Assembly (NCBI GenBank): GCA_002737625.1
Contig: NSIB01000003.1
Span: forward strand, 1 to 47,448
From: Flavobacteriales bacterium
GTDB lineage: Bacteria; Bacteroidota; Bacteroidia; NS11-12g; UBA955
Reading direction: 5' to 3'
Length of the DNA: 47,448 bases
Positions 38,621 through 47,448 of this stretch are shown in pieces (within the stretch, counting starts at the first letter, position 1; each line of letters begins with the position of its first letter). Below the pieces are notes generated by a model. The model saw nothing but the letters and a program-made list of their open reading frames with translations, did not search any database and was not told the origin of the DNA. Both the position numbers and the translations under genes were made by a program.

Positions 38621-39574
38621 TTGAAATCGTATTTTTCCCACGGTAAAATCATGCTTTGCGGCGAATATGCCGTCACAATTGGCATTGAGGCGTTGGCGAT
38701 TCCTGTTGTACCCGGTCAGTGGATGCATGTTTGGGAGTTTGATTCCCCTGGCGGCGGTGACCGATTGATTTGGGAGGCCAAAGAAAAAAATGGCAACACA
38801 TGGTTGAATGAGAGTTTCTCTTTGCCATTGGAAGTGATGGATGCGGCGGATGAAAAAAACAGCAGCGAAAGAGATCGCGACAGAAAAGTGCTTCATTCGA
38901 TGATTTCATTGGTGGAGGCGAGTTTTTGGAAGGCGGGGAAATCTTATCGCATAGAGACTCAATTGGAGTTTGAGCGCAGTAGCGGATTGGGTAGTTCCAG
39001 TACGATGGTCGCGAATTTTGCGAGATACGCAGGCTTGGATGCCCAGAAAGTGCAGCAAAACGTGTTTGGAGGCAGTGGGTACGACGTGGCTGTGGCAGAA
39101 TTGGGTAAAGGTTTGGTTTTTTGGAAAAATGGGGAAGACGCGAATTGGGATGCTTGGAAATTATCGCCCGAGCTAACCTCAAAGTGGAAAATCGTTTTTT
39201 TGGGAGAAAAGCAAAATAGCAGAAGTGCTTTGGACGATGTGAAAGGGAAACTAATAGAAATTCAGAAAGATGATTTTTTGATGCATCAGTTGCAACAAGT
39301 GTGTGCAGCGGTAAAATTGGCCAGTCAAGTCCCGATGTTGGAAGCGGGTTTGGAAATGTGGCAAGCGATTTTGGCGATGAGTTTGGGCTTGGAAACACCC
39401 TATCAGTATTTTAAATTTCAACCCACCAAAGGCGGTTTATGCAAGTGGTTGGGTGCTTGGGGTGGAGATATGTTATTGATCAACGAGATTTTTGCCGAGA
39501 GCGAGCAAGAAGCGTTAAAAAAATTCCAAACAGTGGCATGGAATGAGATAGTTGTGCAACAAAGTGTGTCGTAA
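38621..39574 (+). CDS. GYDIA-family GHMP kinase (mevalonate pathway kinase)
   Basis: HGKIMLCGEYAV, GLGSSST, GGSGYDVAVA, KQNSR, KWLGAWGGD; directly after HMG-CoA reductase. Confidence 0.85.
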   Translation: MKSYFSHGKIMLCGEYAVTIGIEALAIPVVPGQWMHVWEFDSPGGGDRLIWEAKEKNGNTWLNESFSLPLEVMDAADEKNSSERDRDRKVLHSMISLVEASFWKAGKSYRIETQLEFERSSGLGSSSTMVANFARYAGLDAQKVQQNVFGGSGYDVAVAELGKGLVFWKNGEDANWDAWKLSPELTSKWKIVFLGEKQNSRSALDDVKGKLIEIQKDDFLMHQLQQVCAAVKLASQVPMLEAGLEMWQAILAMSLGLETPYQYFKFQPTKGGLCKWLGAWGGDMLLINEIFAESEQEALKKFQTVAWNEIVVQQSVS

Positions 39575-39575
39575 T

Positions 39576-40655
39576 ATGAGGGAAATGGATAACAATTTTA
39601 CATCGATTCGTGTGGGTTACCAATGTCCATCGAACATCGCGTTGGTGAAATATTGGGGCAAAAAGGAAGGTGGGGTTCAATTGCCTGCCAATCCAAGTAT
39701 CAGTTGGAGCCTGGGAGATTTGCATGCAACCACAACAGTTGAGATGGTTCCACGCAAAGGCGAGCAAGCTTTTGTATTTACTTTGGGTGGTGTTTTGAAG
39801 CCATCATTCGAGCCTAAAATTGAAGCATTTTTGGGTAAAATCGCCAATGATTGTCCTTGGTTATCGGATTACATGCTTTTGATAGATTCGCAAAACAATT
39901 TCCCTCACGGAACCGGTATTGCCAGTTCTGCCGCAGGTTTTGGTGCCTTGAGTTTGTGTTTGGCGCATATCGAACAATTGCTTTTGGGAGATACTTCCTT
40001 GCAGACCTTGGTTGGAGGAATGAATTTTTGGAAACGCAGCAGTTATTTGTCGCGCATGGGCTCTGGCAGTGCTTGTAGGTCCATGTTTTCTCGACCTGCT
40101 GTTTGGGGCGAAACTCCGGCAGTTGCCGGAAGTAGCAATTTGTTTGCGGTGGAAATAGATGCTGAGGTACACCCCAGTTTATCCTATTGGAAAGATGTTG
40201 TTTTGATCGTAGACGATGGGGAAAAATCGGTGAGTAGTTCGGCGGGACATGCCTTGTTGACGAATCATCCTTATGCAGAAGCTCGGTTTGGTCAGGCGCA
40301 AAAGAACTTGGATGGCATCGTTTTGGCGATGAGAAATGGCGATGTTAAATCGTTTATTGAAATTGTGGAATCTGAAGCCCTGCAATTGCACAGTATGATG
40401 ATGACATCGATTCCGTATTATGTGCTTATGCGACCCAATACGTTGGCGATTATCGAACAAATTTGGCGTTTCCGCGAACAAACGGGACTGTCGATTTGCT
40501 TCACCTTAGATGCCGGGGCCAATGTTCACTTCCTTTACGATGGAAAAATCGAAGAGACAGTGATGAACTTTGTGAATAATACATTGTTACCTTATTGCAA
40601 AAATGGGCAGTATCTTTGCAGCGATATAGGTAAAAGCCCTGTTCAAATCATATAA
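39576..40655 (+). CDS. mvaD: Diphosphomevalonate decarboxylase
   Basis: PSNIALVKYWGK, NNFPHGTGIASSAAG, GSGSACRS, VSSSAGH, FTLDAGANVH. Start 39576 or 39585. Confidence 0.93.
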   Translation: MREMDNNFTSIRVGYQCPSNIALVKYWGKKEGGVQLPANPSISWSLGDLHATTTVEMVPRKGEQAFVFTLGGVLKPSFEPKIEAFLGKIANDCPWLSDYMLLIDSQNNFPHGTGIASSAAGFGALSLCLAHIEQLLLGDTSLQTLVGGMNFWKRSSYLSRMGSGSACRSMFSRPAVWGETPAVAGSSNLFAVEIDAEVHPSLSYWKDVVLIVDDGEKSVSSSAGHALLTNHPYAEARFGQAQKNLDGIVLAMRNGDVKSFIEIVESEALQLHSMMMTSIPYYVLMRPNTLAIIEQIWRFREQTGLSICFTLDAGANVHFLYDGKIEETVMNFVNNTLLPYCKNGQYLCSDIGKSPVQII

Positions 40656-41606
40656 ATGGGAGAAATGATTAAGGATTCACTTTATTACGCCAAGATTCTC
40701 TTGTTTGGCGAATATGGTATCATCGAAAATTCGATGGGTTTGAGCATTCCTTATCATTTTTTCAAAGGCAATTTTGATTTTGCGAAAGAGCCCAATGAAG
40801 TGCAGAAAAATTCCAACGAGAGCATCAAACAGTTCGTGTCTCATTTAGAGTGGTTGCGCGACACCGGAGGGCTTCCTTGCTCCTTAAATTTTGTTCAGTT
40901 GCAAACGGATATTCATTCGGGTTTGTATTTTGATAGTAGTATTCCACAAGGTTTCGGCGTGGGTAGTTCGGGTGCTTTGGTGGCCGCTTTGTATGCCAAG
41001 TATTCAGTATCGCCGTTGAAACAGTCTGATGTGATGGTTGGCGATAATTTGAAGAAACTCAAGTCTACACTGGCCACTATGGAATCGTTTTTTCATGGAA
41101 AAAGCTCTGGATTGGATCCGCTGATTTGTTATTTAAATTTGCCCATATTGGTTAAAGGTCAGGGCGATTTGGGTACTGTTGGTATTCCAACAGAAAATGC
41201 AGAGGGCAAGGGGGCTATCTTTTTATTGAATTCTGGTTCGCCAGGAAAAACCCAGAATATGGTTTCGATATTCTTGAATCGTTTGAAAGACGATGGATTT
41301 AGAAACATGGTGAAGACACAGTTGAAAAAACAAAACGACGATTGCGTGACATCGTTCTTGAAAGGTGATATTTCGCAGTTGTTTGGCCATTTGAAAGGAC
41401 TTTCTCAGTTGTTATTGGATAATTTCAGGCCTATGATTCCTGATCATTTTGAAAAGGTTTGGCGTGAAGGGATTGATAGCGGTGATTATTATTTGAAATT
41501 GTGTGGAAGTGGTGGTGGAGGATTTATATTGGGTTTTACCCAGGACTTTGAAAAAGCGCAATCCTTGTTGAAAGCGCATAAATTGCAGGTGATTTACAAA
41601 ATGTAA
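40656..41606 (+). CDS. Mevalonate/phosphomevalonate kinase family GHMP kinase
   Basis: AKILLFGEY, SSIPQGFGVGSSGALVAA, ESFFHGKSSGLDP, KLCGSGGGG. Possible internal promoter TATCTTTG at 40611-40618. Confidence 0.9.
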   Translation: MGEMIKDSLYYAKILLFGEYGIIENSMGLSIPYHFFKGNFDFAKEPNEVQKNSNESIKQFVSHLEWLRDTGGLPCSLNFVQLQTDIHSGLYFDSSIPQGFGVGSSGALVAALYAKYSVSPLKQSDVMVGDNLKKLKSTLATMESFFHGKSSGLDPLICYLNLPILVKGQGDLGTVGIPTENAEGKGAIFLLNSGSPGKTQNMVSIFLNRLKDDGFRNMVKTQLKKQNDDCVTSFLKGDISQLFGHLKGLSQLLLDNFRPMIPDHFEKVWREGIDSGDYYLKLCGSGGGGFILGFTQDFEKAQSLLKAHKLQVIYKM

Positions 41607-41610
41607 TCAC

Positions 41611-42510
41611 TTGATGCCAGGAATTCGAAAAAACCACATTACCAGATTCATGCTGTTATTGGGGATTGTACGATGGTACAACCTTGCTTTGATTGCCGCT
41701 TCTCAGTATTTGTTGTTCTGGCTCACATTTTCGCAGCATGAATTGTGGCGTGTGTTCTACGATGTTAAACTGCATTGCATCGTGGCAGCTAGCATTTTTT
41801 CTGTCGCCGCGGCCTTTATCATCAATGCCTTTTACGATGTTGACAAGGATTTGGTGAACAAGCCAAAGCAAGTGGTGATTGGGAAATTGTTGGGGGAGTC
41901 GAGTTTGCTCAATTTATACGTCGTCCTAAATTTATTGGCAGTAGCCTTTGCGATGATGGCCTCTGTGAAGGTGATGGTTTTTTTCCTGTGTTACACAGTA
42001 TTTTGTTGGTTTCACAGTCATAAATTGCAGAAATTGCCGGTGGTGAGAGAGGTATCGGCCTCCTTGTTAACGATGATTCCATTGCTCGCTATATGGTTTC
42101 ATTTTGGTCATTGGCATTGGGGCATGTTTTATTACATGGGTAGTTTGGCGATTTTATTGTTTACCAGAGAGGTGGTGAAGGATATGGCTGGACACAAGGG
42201 GAACTTGATTTTTGGGTATCAAACGGTTGTGGTTGCGGCTGGGATACGTCGTGCAAGATGGGGGTTGGTGGCAATGAATACGGGCTTTTTTGTGATGTAT
42301 TGGACGTTAAATTGGATTCAAATGGTAGATCCTGTTTTACCCAATTGGCATCCGGATTATTATTTGATTATCTCTGGAGTTTCGTTGTTCACCGCCTTTT
42401 GGGTTTCTTGGGCGATGTTTTTTATTCGAGATGATTCTAAAATTGTGGTAATGGATGCATTTTTAAAGTTGGGCGTGGTGATTCATTTGCTCAGTATCGT
42501 AACGCAGTAG
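41611..42510 (+). CDS. UbiA-family (DGGGP-synthase-like) membrane prenyltransferase
   Basis: VRWYNL, IINAFYDVDKDLVNKP, REVVKD, multiple TM helices. Confidence 0.85.
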   Translation: MMPGIRKNHITRFMLLLGIVRWYNLALIAASQYLLFWLTFSQHELWRVFYDVKLHCIVAASIFSVAAAFIINAFYDVDKDLVNKPKQVVIGKLLGESSLLNLYVVLNLLAVAFAMMASVKVMVFFLCYTVFCWFHSHKLQKLPVVREVSASLLTMIPLLAIWFHFGHWHWGMFYYMGSLAILLFTREVVKDMAGHKGNLIFGYQTVVVAAGIRRARWGLVAMNTGFFVMYWTLNWIQMVDPVLPNWHPDYYLIISGVSLFTAFWVSWAMFFIRDDSKIVVMDAFLKLGVVIHLLSIVTQ

Positions 42511-42552
42511 TTTTGGTGGGAGGGCTACGGATTTAATTTGTAACTTGCGATA

Positions 42553-45015
42553 GTGACGGAGATTCAGACCCTTTTTGCGCATGTGTTGGTGCCAGTGCCG
42601 GTGCCAAAGGCCTATACGTATCGGGTTCCTCACGATTGGAACGACTGGATTCATCAGGGTTTGAGGGTTGCGGTGCAATTTGGACCAAAGAAGATATATG
42701 CAGGAATTATTTTGGAGCTGAGTGATTCTCCACCGGAGGGTTATCAAGCTTCTTATATCTTGGATGTGTTGGACGATGCACCCATTGTGAATCACAAGCA
42801 ATTGCAGTTTTGGCGTTGGGTGGCCAAATATTATATGTGTTATTTGGGGGAGGTGATGGCTACTGCGTTGCCAGCGGGGTATCGACTTCAGAGTGAGACG
42901 AAGATTGTTTTGCATCCCGATGCAGATTTGGAAGCGATAAGTAGGACTGATGTTGAAGATTTGGAGTGGCAGATTTTGGAGTTGTTAGGGAAGAAGGATG
43001 GGATGTCGTTGGACGATATACATCAAAAGCTGGCGGTTAAGAATGTGCTGAAGCATGTTAAGTCGTTGTATTTAAGGGGTTTGGTGGTAATGGAGGAGGA
43101 GTTGAAGGAGAATTATCGACCTAAATATGAGGAGTTTTTAGAGTTGTGCAGTATTTGGGATGATTCGGAATTGGCAAATTCGAGTTTGAACGCGTTGGAG
43201 CGACGTGCACCGAAGCAGTATGAGGCGATTATGCATATTTTGGGGACGGGAAAGAGGGAGTTGACGGTGGAATCAATTGTGAAGGGATTTGAGATGGACA
43301 GGACGGTGCTGAAGCAGTTAGAGAAGAAGTCGTTGATAATGATTGTGAAGCGCCGCCGCGATCACCTTCAGGTGATCCGCGGCGGCGCGCAAGAATACCA
43401 ACTCACCGAATCTCAGTCGCGGGCCCTTGGAATCATTCGCGCTGGATTTGAAGAAAAACAGCCGGCCTTGCTTTACGGGGTTACGGGATCGGGTAAAACC
43501 CATGTGTATATGGAGTTGGTGAAGGAGACGTTGGCGGCGGGGAAACAGGTGCTTTATTTGTTGCCAGAGGTTGCACTAACGGAGCATATGGTGGCTCGGA
43601 TGGGTGCGTTTTTGCCGGTGGAAATTGGCGTTTGGCATCACTTTTATAGTTCTCACGAGAGGACGGAATTGTACGATCGGATATTGAAGGATCAAATCCA
43701 GTTTGTGGTGGGTACTAAAGGGGCGGTGTTTGCTCCTTTTTCTAATTTGGGGTTGATTGTGGTGGATGAGGAGCATGAATCAACGTATAAGCAGTTTGAT
43801 AAAAAGCCATTTTATCACGGTCGGGATTCGGCGTTTCAGTTGGCCAAGTATCATGGGGCCAATGTTTTGTTGGGTTCGGCTACGCCGAGTTATGAAATGC
43901 AGTTTGCTGTGCAGCAGCATCGTATGGTAATTGCCGAAATAACGGAGAAGTACGATGGCGGAAAACCGGCTGAGTTGATGTATTTGAATATCGGTGAGTT
44001 GAAGAAAACGGGTCAGATGAATTCGTTGTTTTCCGAGCCGGTGAGGATGGCCATTCAGAAGGCGATGGATGTGAAGCAGAAGGTGGTGGTGTATCACAAT
44101 CGAAAGGGGTATGTGCCTTATATTGAGTGTGGGGATTGTGGGTTGACAACGCAGTGCAAGCATTGTGATATTTCGATGACCTACTATAAGAGTTCAGACA
44201 ATCAGCGATGCAGTTATTGTGGGTTTCAGCAGCCGGTACCATCGAAATGTGTGGCCTGTGGTTCTCAGGATTTGAAGTTGAAGGGGACGGGCACGGAGAA
44301 GTTGGCGGAGGAATTGGGGCAGCTGTTTCCCAAGGCTAGGGTGGCGCGGTTTGACCAGCAGAGCATGCGGAAGCGGGATGATTTTCAGAATATTTTGACG
44401 GCGTTTGAGCGGGGTGATATTGATATTTTGGTGGGGACGCAGTTGTTATCGAAGGGGATTGATATAGAGAATATCGGCTTGGTTGTGGTGCCGGATGCGG
44501 ATATGTTGTTGCACATTCCTGATTTTAGGAGTCATGAACGGGCATTTCAGCAACTGCAACAATTGAGTGGTAGGATAGGGCGCCGCGCGGAGCGCGGCGT
44601 GATGATGTTACAGACATATCAACCGGAACATGAAGTATTGAAGTCCCTGAAAGCCGATGATTACCAAGGGTTGATGCAAGTGGAAATGGAGCAGCGCGAA
44701 GCCTTCGGCTATCCTCCTTACACAAAGTTGATTAAGGTGGATGTGAAGCACATAGATGCACAAGTGGCGACCGAGGCCAGCCGTTGGCTGGCCGACCAAT
44801 TGCGAAAGCAATTGGGGAACCTGGTGCTGGGGCCCCAGGTTCCTTCGGTCGCCCGCATAAAAAATCGATTCATCCAGCAAATTGTCATCAAGGTCCCCCG
44901 AGAAACCGCCCAACTGAACGCCGCAAAATTCCTATTGCAACAAGTTCGTGAAGCGGCCTTGGCTCACAACAGTTGGCGTTCGGTTCGCATCGATATTATC
45001 ATCGATCCCAATTAA
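42553..45015 (+). CDS. priA: Primosomal protein N' (replication restart helicase)
   Basis: YTYRVP, GVTGSGKT, DEEHE, GSATPS, four CxxC pairs, GTEKL, PDFRSHER, GRIGR, YPPY, DPN end. Confidence 0.97.
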   Translation: MTEIQTLFAHVLVPVPVPKAYTYRVPHDWNDWIHQGLRVAVQFGPKKIYAGIILELSDSPPEGYQASYILDVLDDAPIVNHKQLQFWRWVAKYYMCYLGEVMATALPAGYRLQSETKIVLHPDADLEAISRTDVEDLEWQILELLGKKDGMSLDDIHQKLAVKNVLKHVKSLYLRGLVVMEEELKENYRPKYEEFLELCSIWDDSELANSSLNALERRAPKQYEAIMHILGTGKRELTVESIVKGFEMDRTVLKQLEKKSLIMIVKRRRDHLQVIRGGAQEYQLTESQSRALGIIRAGFEEKQPALLYGVTGSGKTHVYMELVKETLAAGKQVLYLLPEVALTEHMVARMGAFLPVEIGVWHHFYSSHERTELYDRILKDQIQFVVGTKGAVFAPFSNLGLIVVDEEHESTYKQFDKKPFYHGRDSAFQLAKYHGANVLLGSATPSYEMQFAVQQHRMVIAEITEKYDGGKPAELMYLNIGELKKTGQMNSLFSEPVRMAIQKAMDVKQKVVVYHNRKGYVPYIECGDCGLTTQCKHCDISMTYYKSSDNQRCSYCGFQQPVPSKCVACGSQDLKLKGTGTEKLAEELGQLFPKARVARFDQQSMRKRDDFQNILTAFERGDIDILVGTQLLSKGIDIENIGLVVVPDADMLLHIPDFRSHERAFQQLQQLSGRIGRRAERGVMMLQTYQPEHEVLKSLKADDYQGLMQVEMEQREAFGYPPYTKLIKVDVKHIDAQVATEASRWLADQLRKQLGNLVLGPQVPSVARIKNRFIQQIVIKVPRETAQLNAAKFLLQQVREAALAHNSWRSVRIDIIIDPN
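43350..43388. other. Intragenic GC-rich hairpin (17-bp stem, one bulged C)
   Basis: GCGCCGCCGCG-ATCACC-TTCA-GGTGAT-c-CGCGGCGGCGC read directly. Confidence 0.85.
44766..44853. other. Intragenic four-way cloverleaf (closing stem plus three hairpins)
   Basis: Perfect Watson-Crick stems of 9, 8, 8 and 9 bp joined by 0-2 nt linkers; pairings are given in the findings. Confidence 0.85.
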
Positions 45016-45079
45016 TGACATTCCTCATCATTTTTTCCCAATCGGATATCGTAAATTTGAAAAATATTATCACAATACC

Positions 45080-46204
45080 ATGGAAACATCAACCTTAGAA
45101 ACTGTAGCCACCGATGTGGATTTTTTACCCTTAAATGGTACGGATCACTTGGAATTTTATGTGGGCAATGCCAAACAGAGCGCCTACTATTATCAAACAG
45201 CTTGGGGCTATAAGCTAGTTGCGTATGCTGGACCGGAAACAGGAGTGAGAGATCGCGCTAGTTATGTGTTACAGCAAGATAAAATCCGCTTGGTTTTAAC
45301 CACCTCGATGGATCCAAATAGCGAAGTGACAAAGCATCAATCACAGCATGGCGATGGAGTTAAGTTTTTGAGCCTTTGGGTAGATGATGCAACGGCGAGT
45401 TTCAATGAAACAGTGAAGCGCGGTGCAAGGCCTTATATGGAGCCTACCACCATGGAAGATGAGTTTGGAACCGTTGTAGTGAGTGGTATTTATACCTACG
45501 GAGAAACCGTTCACAAGTTTGTTGAGCGTAAAAATTATAAAGGCGCCTTTTTGCCAGGTTACAAAGCCGTGCCAAACGCAATGGACGTAACCCCAGTGGG
45601 ACTCAAATACGTGGACCATTGCGTGGGTAATGTTGAGTTGGGTAAAATGGATGAGTGGGTTGAATTTTATGAGAATGTAATGGGCTTTAAGTTGTTGTTG
45701 ACCTTCGACGATAAGGATATCAGTACAGAATACAGTGCTTTGATGAGTAAGGTTGTGAGCAACGGAAACGGGTATGTTAAGTTCCCAATCAATGAGCCAG
45801 CCGACGGAAAGAAGAAGTCTCAAATTGAAGAGTATTTGGATTTTTATCGCGGCCCAGGTGTGCAACACATCGCCGTTGAAACCGATGATATTCTAGAAAC
45901 TGTAGCCGATTTACGTCGTAGAGGCGTGGAATTCCTTTACGTTCCAGAGACCTACTACGATGATGTTTTGGATCGTGTAGGTCATGTTGAGGAAGATTTA
46001 GTAGCGTTGAAAAAAATGAATATCCTTATCGATCGCGATGATAGTGGGTATTTGTTGCAGATTTTCACCAAGCCGGTTGAAGACCGACCTACGTTGTTTT
46101 ATGAAATCATCCAGCGCAAAGGGGCCAAGAGTTTCGGGAAAGGAAACTTTAAGGCCTTGTTTGAAAGCATTGAACGCGAGCAAGCCAGCCGCGGAAACTT
46201 GTAA
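45080..46204 (+). CDS. hppD: 4-hydroxyphenylpyruvate dioxygenase
   Basis: DHLEFYVGNAKQ, HGDGVK, DHCVGNV, KFPINEP, SQIEEYL, GVQHIA, LLQIFT, FGKGNFKALFESIE. Start ATG 45080; TAAATTTG box at 45052-45059. Confidence 0.97.
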   Translation: METSTLETVATDVDFLPLNGTDHLEFYVGNAKQSAYYYQTAWGYKLVAYAGPETGVRDRASYVLQQDKIRLVLTTSMDPNSEVTKHQSQHGDGVKFLSLWVDDATASFNETVKRGARPYMEPTTMEDEFGTVVVSGIYTYGETVHKFVERKNYKGAFLPGYKAVPNAMDVTPVGLKYVDHCVGNVELGKMDEWVEFYENVMGFKLLLTFDDKDISTEYSALMSKVVSNGNGYVKFPINEPADGKKKSQIEEYLDFYRGPGVQHIAVETDDILETVADLRRRGVEFLYVPETYYDDVLDRVGHVEEDLVALKKMNILIDRDDSGYLLQIFTKPVEDRPTLFYEIIQRKGAKSFGKGNFKALFESIEREQASRGNL

Positions 46205-46244
46205 TTCAGGAAATCGATTCCCGGAAAGCGAATTCCATAAAAAA

Positions 46245-47342
46245 TTAGTTCGGTGTGTTGAACTTGTTGGTATCGATAGAATAGTGTCGACCTACTTTGT
46301 TGTTTTTGGCCATCAATTCTTTGATCTTATTCAACTTTTCAATCATCTTTTCGCCGTCTTTGGCATCGTAATCATTTGCAATCAATGCATTACACGATTC
46401 GATTGCTTTGTCGGGCATATCCAAGATGGTATACAAAACAGCATTATTGTAATCACAAGCATATCTCAATTTTCGTTCTGATTTTTCATCGGCGGCATAC
46501 TTTGCAAGCACTCCGGTCATATATTCGATACTACTCATCAACTCGGCGCGTGTTGCAGCATCGATGCCATTGGCGGTTACCTTAGCAACGCTAGCCTTCA
46601 TTTTTGCCATGTTGGCAACCCAAGCTTCGTTTTCAGGGTGCTTCTTAGAATCTGTTGTCCACAAACTCGCTTGGTCTGTGCTTACTGGAAAACCATATTT
46701 GTCGTTGATAGAGTAATTCAAACTGTTCAACCAAGATTCCATATGTTCTTTTACCAATTTGTTAGAGATGGCCTGACGGTTGTTGCTGAAGTATCTTTCG
46801 GCTTCAGAATGGCTGCTGAATTCTGGGCTTTTCCACTCCATTTTGGTGGTGCTGTTGCTGATTGTGCTGCGGTTGATCAATACGTTGCTTTGCCAATCTT
46901 TTGCAGAATACGTTGCGCCAATGCTATAGTTTACCGTAGACCAATAGTAATAACGAGTTGCGGTAACAACACCCTCTTTGTTTTTGGTTTCTTCTTTGCG
47001 CTGATCGATTTTCTGACCATCGAACATCAAATCGTCAAAGTTTACGGTGAATTGGGCATGACCGCCTTCAATTCTTCGGCCTTCAAAATCTTCGAAGCCG
47101 CCATATACTTTTTTCCAACCCTGAAGGTTTACGCGCTCTTCGATGGAAGAAGCAGACATCGCATTGGAAATGGTAGAAGGAACTTCAACACGAACATTGT
47201 AGGTTCTCCAAGTGCTATCCAAAGGAGTTGAAGGCAAGTCACGGTATTGGTGAGGTACAAATACGCGATCTAAGTCGATTTTTTGAGCCGTTCCCATTCC
47301 TGAGAATACGATTGTAATGGCAATGATGAGTTGTTTTTTCAT
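46245..47342 (-). CDS. Exported hypothetical protein with helical C-terminal region
   Basis: 365-aa ORF with a Sec signal peptide (MKKQLIIAITIVFSGMGTA-Q); no family recognised. Confidence 0.8.
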   Translation of the reverse strand: MKKQLIIAITIVFSGMGTAQKIDLDRVFVPHQYRDLPSTPLDSTWRTYNVRVEVPSTISNAMSASSIEERVNLQGWKKVYGGFEDFEGRRIEGGHAQFTVNFDDLMFDGQKIDQRKEETKNKEGVVTATRYYYWSTVNYSIGATYSAKDWQSNVLINRSTISNSTTKMEWKSPEFSSHSEAERYFSNNRQAISNKLVKEHMESWLNSLNYSINDKYGFPVSTDQASLWTTDSKKHPENEAWVANMAKMKASVAKVTANGIDAATRAELMSSIEYMTGVLAKYAADEKSERKLRYACDYNNAVLYTILDMPDKAIESCNALIANDYDAKDGEKMIEKLNKIKELMAKNNKVGRHYSIDTNKFNTPN

Positions 47343-47448
47343 AGTTTGTAAATTTGATGGTATTGATTTTTTAAGTTTTTAAGGATTCGTGCACTACGTT
47401 AAGTCCATTTGGACGAGTGTTAAACAAAATCAATTGATTCGTTTAATT

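Noticed and set aside
44766-44853. Cloverleaf as a tRNA or tRNA remnant
   Set aside because: Arm lengths of 8-9 bp, 3-4 nt loops on two arms, no TTCGA loop and no CCA; it lies in frame within priA.

Overview
Core-genome region of a Bacteroidota bacterium. The assignment rests on TAnnTTTG promoter boxes, a T9SS C-terminal domain, the Bacteroidota-type bamD-rpoZ-coaBC-DUF4835 order and a Flavobacterium-like mevalonate cluster. The window opens with the 3' end of an rRNA operon (23S end, 5S, terminator). It then carries housekeeping genes: mazG, aroC/aroA/aroB, coaBC, rpoZ, bamD, a split transketolase with a secreted VWA gene between its halves, mfd, cvfB, a T9SS PKD protein paired with an S74-chaperone fibre protein, guaB, an EEP nuclease, pyrG, an HTH regulator, a LolD-like ATPase, sucC, a large TPR protein, rfbC, tryptophan 2,3-dioxygenase, a mevalonate/IDI-2/UbiA cluster, priA and hppD. 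I saw no mobile element, prophage or CRISPR array. The most unusual signal is structural rather than a gene: GC-rich fold-back elements written inside intact reading frames of mfd, an EEP nuclease and priA. One is an 88-nt four-way cloverleaf at 44766-44853. Several have GCGNAGC/GCGAAAGC loops known as ultra-stable DNA mini-hairpins, and four of the sites coincide with an abrupt local switch from G-rich to C-rich sequence on the + strand. The pairings and base counts were read by hand from the sequence; any function is inference.
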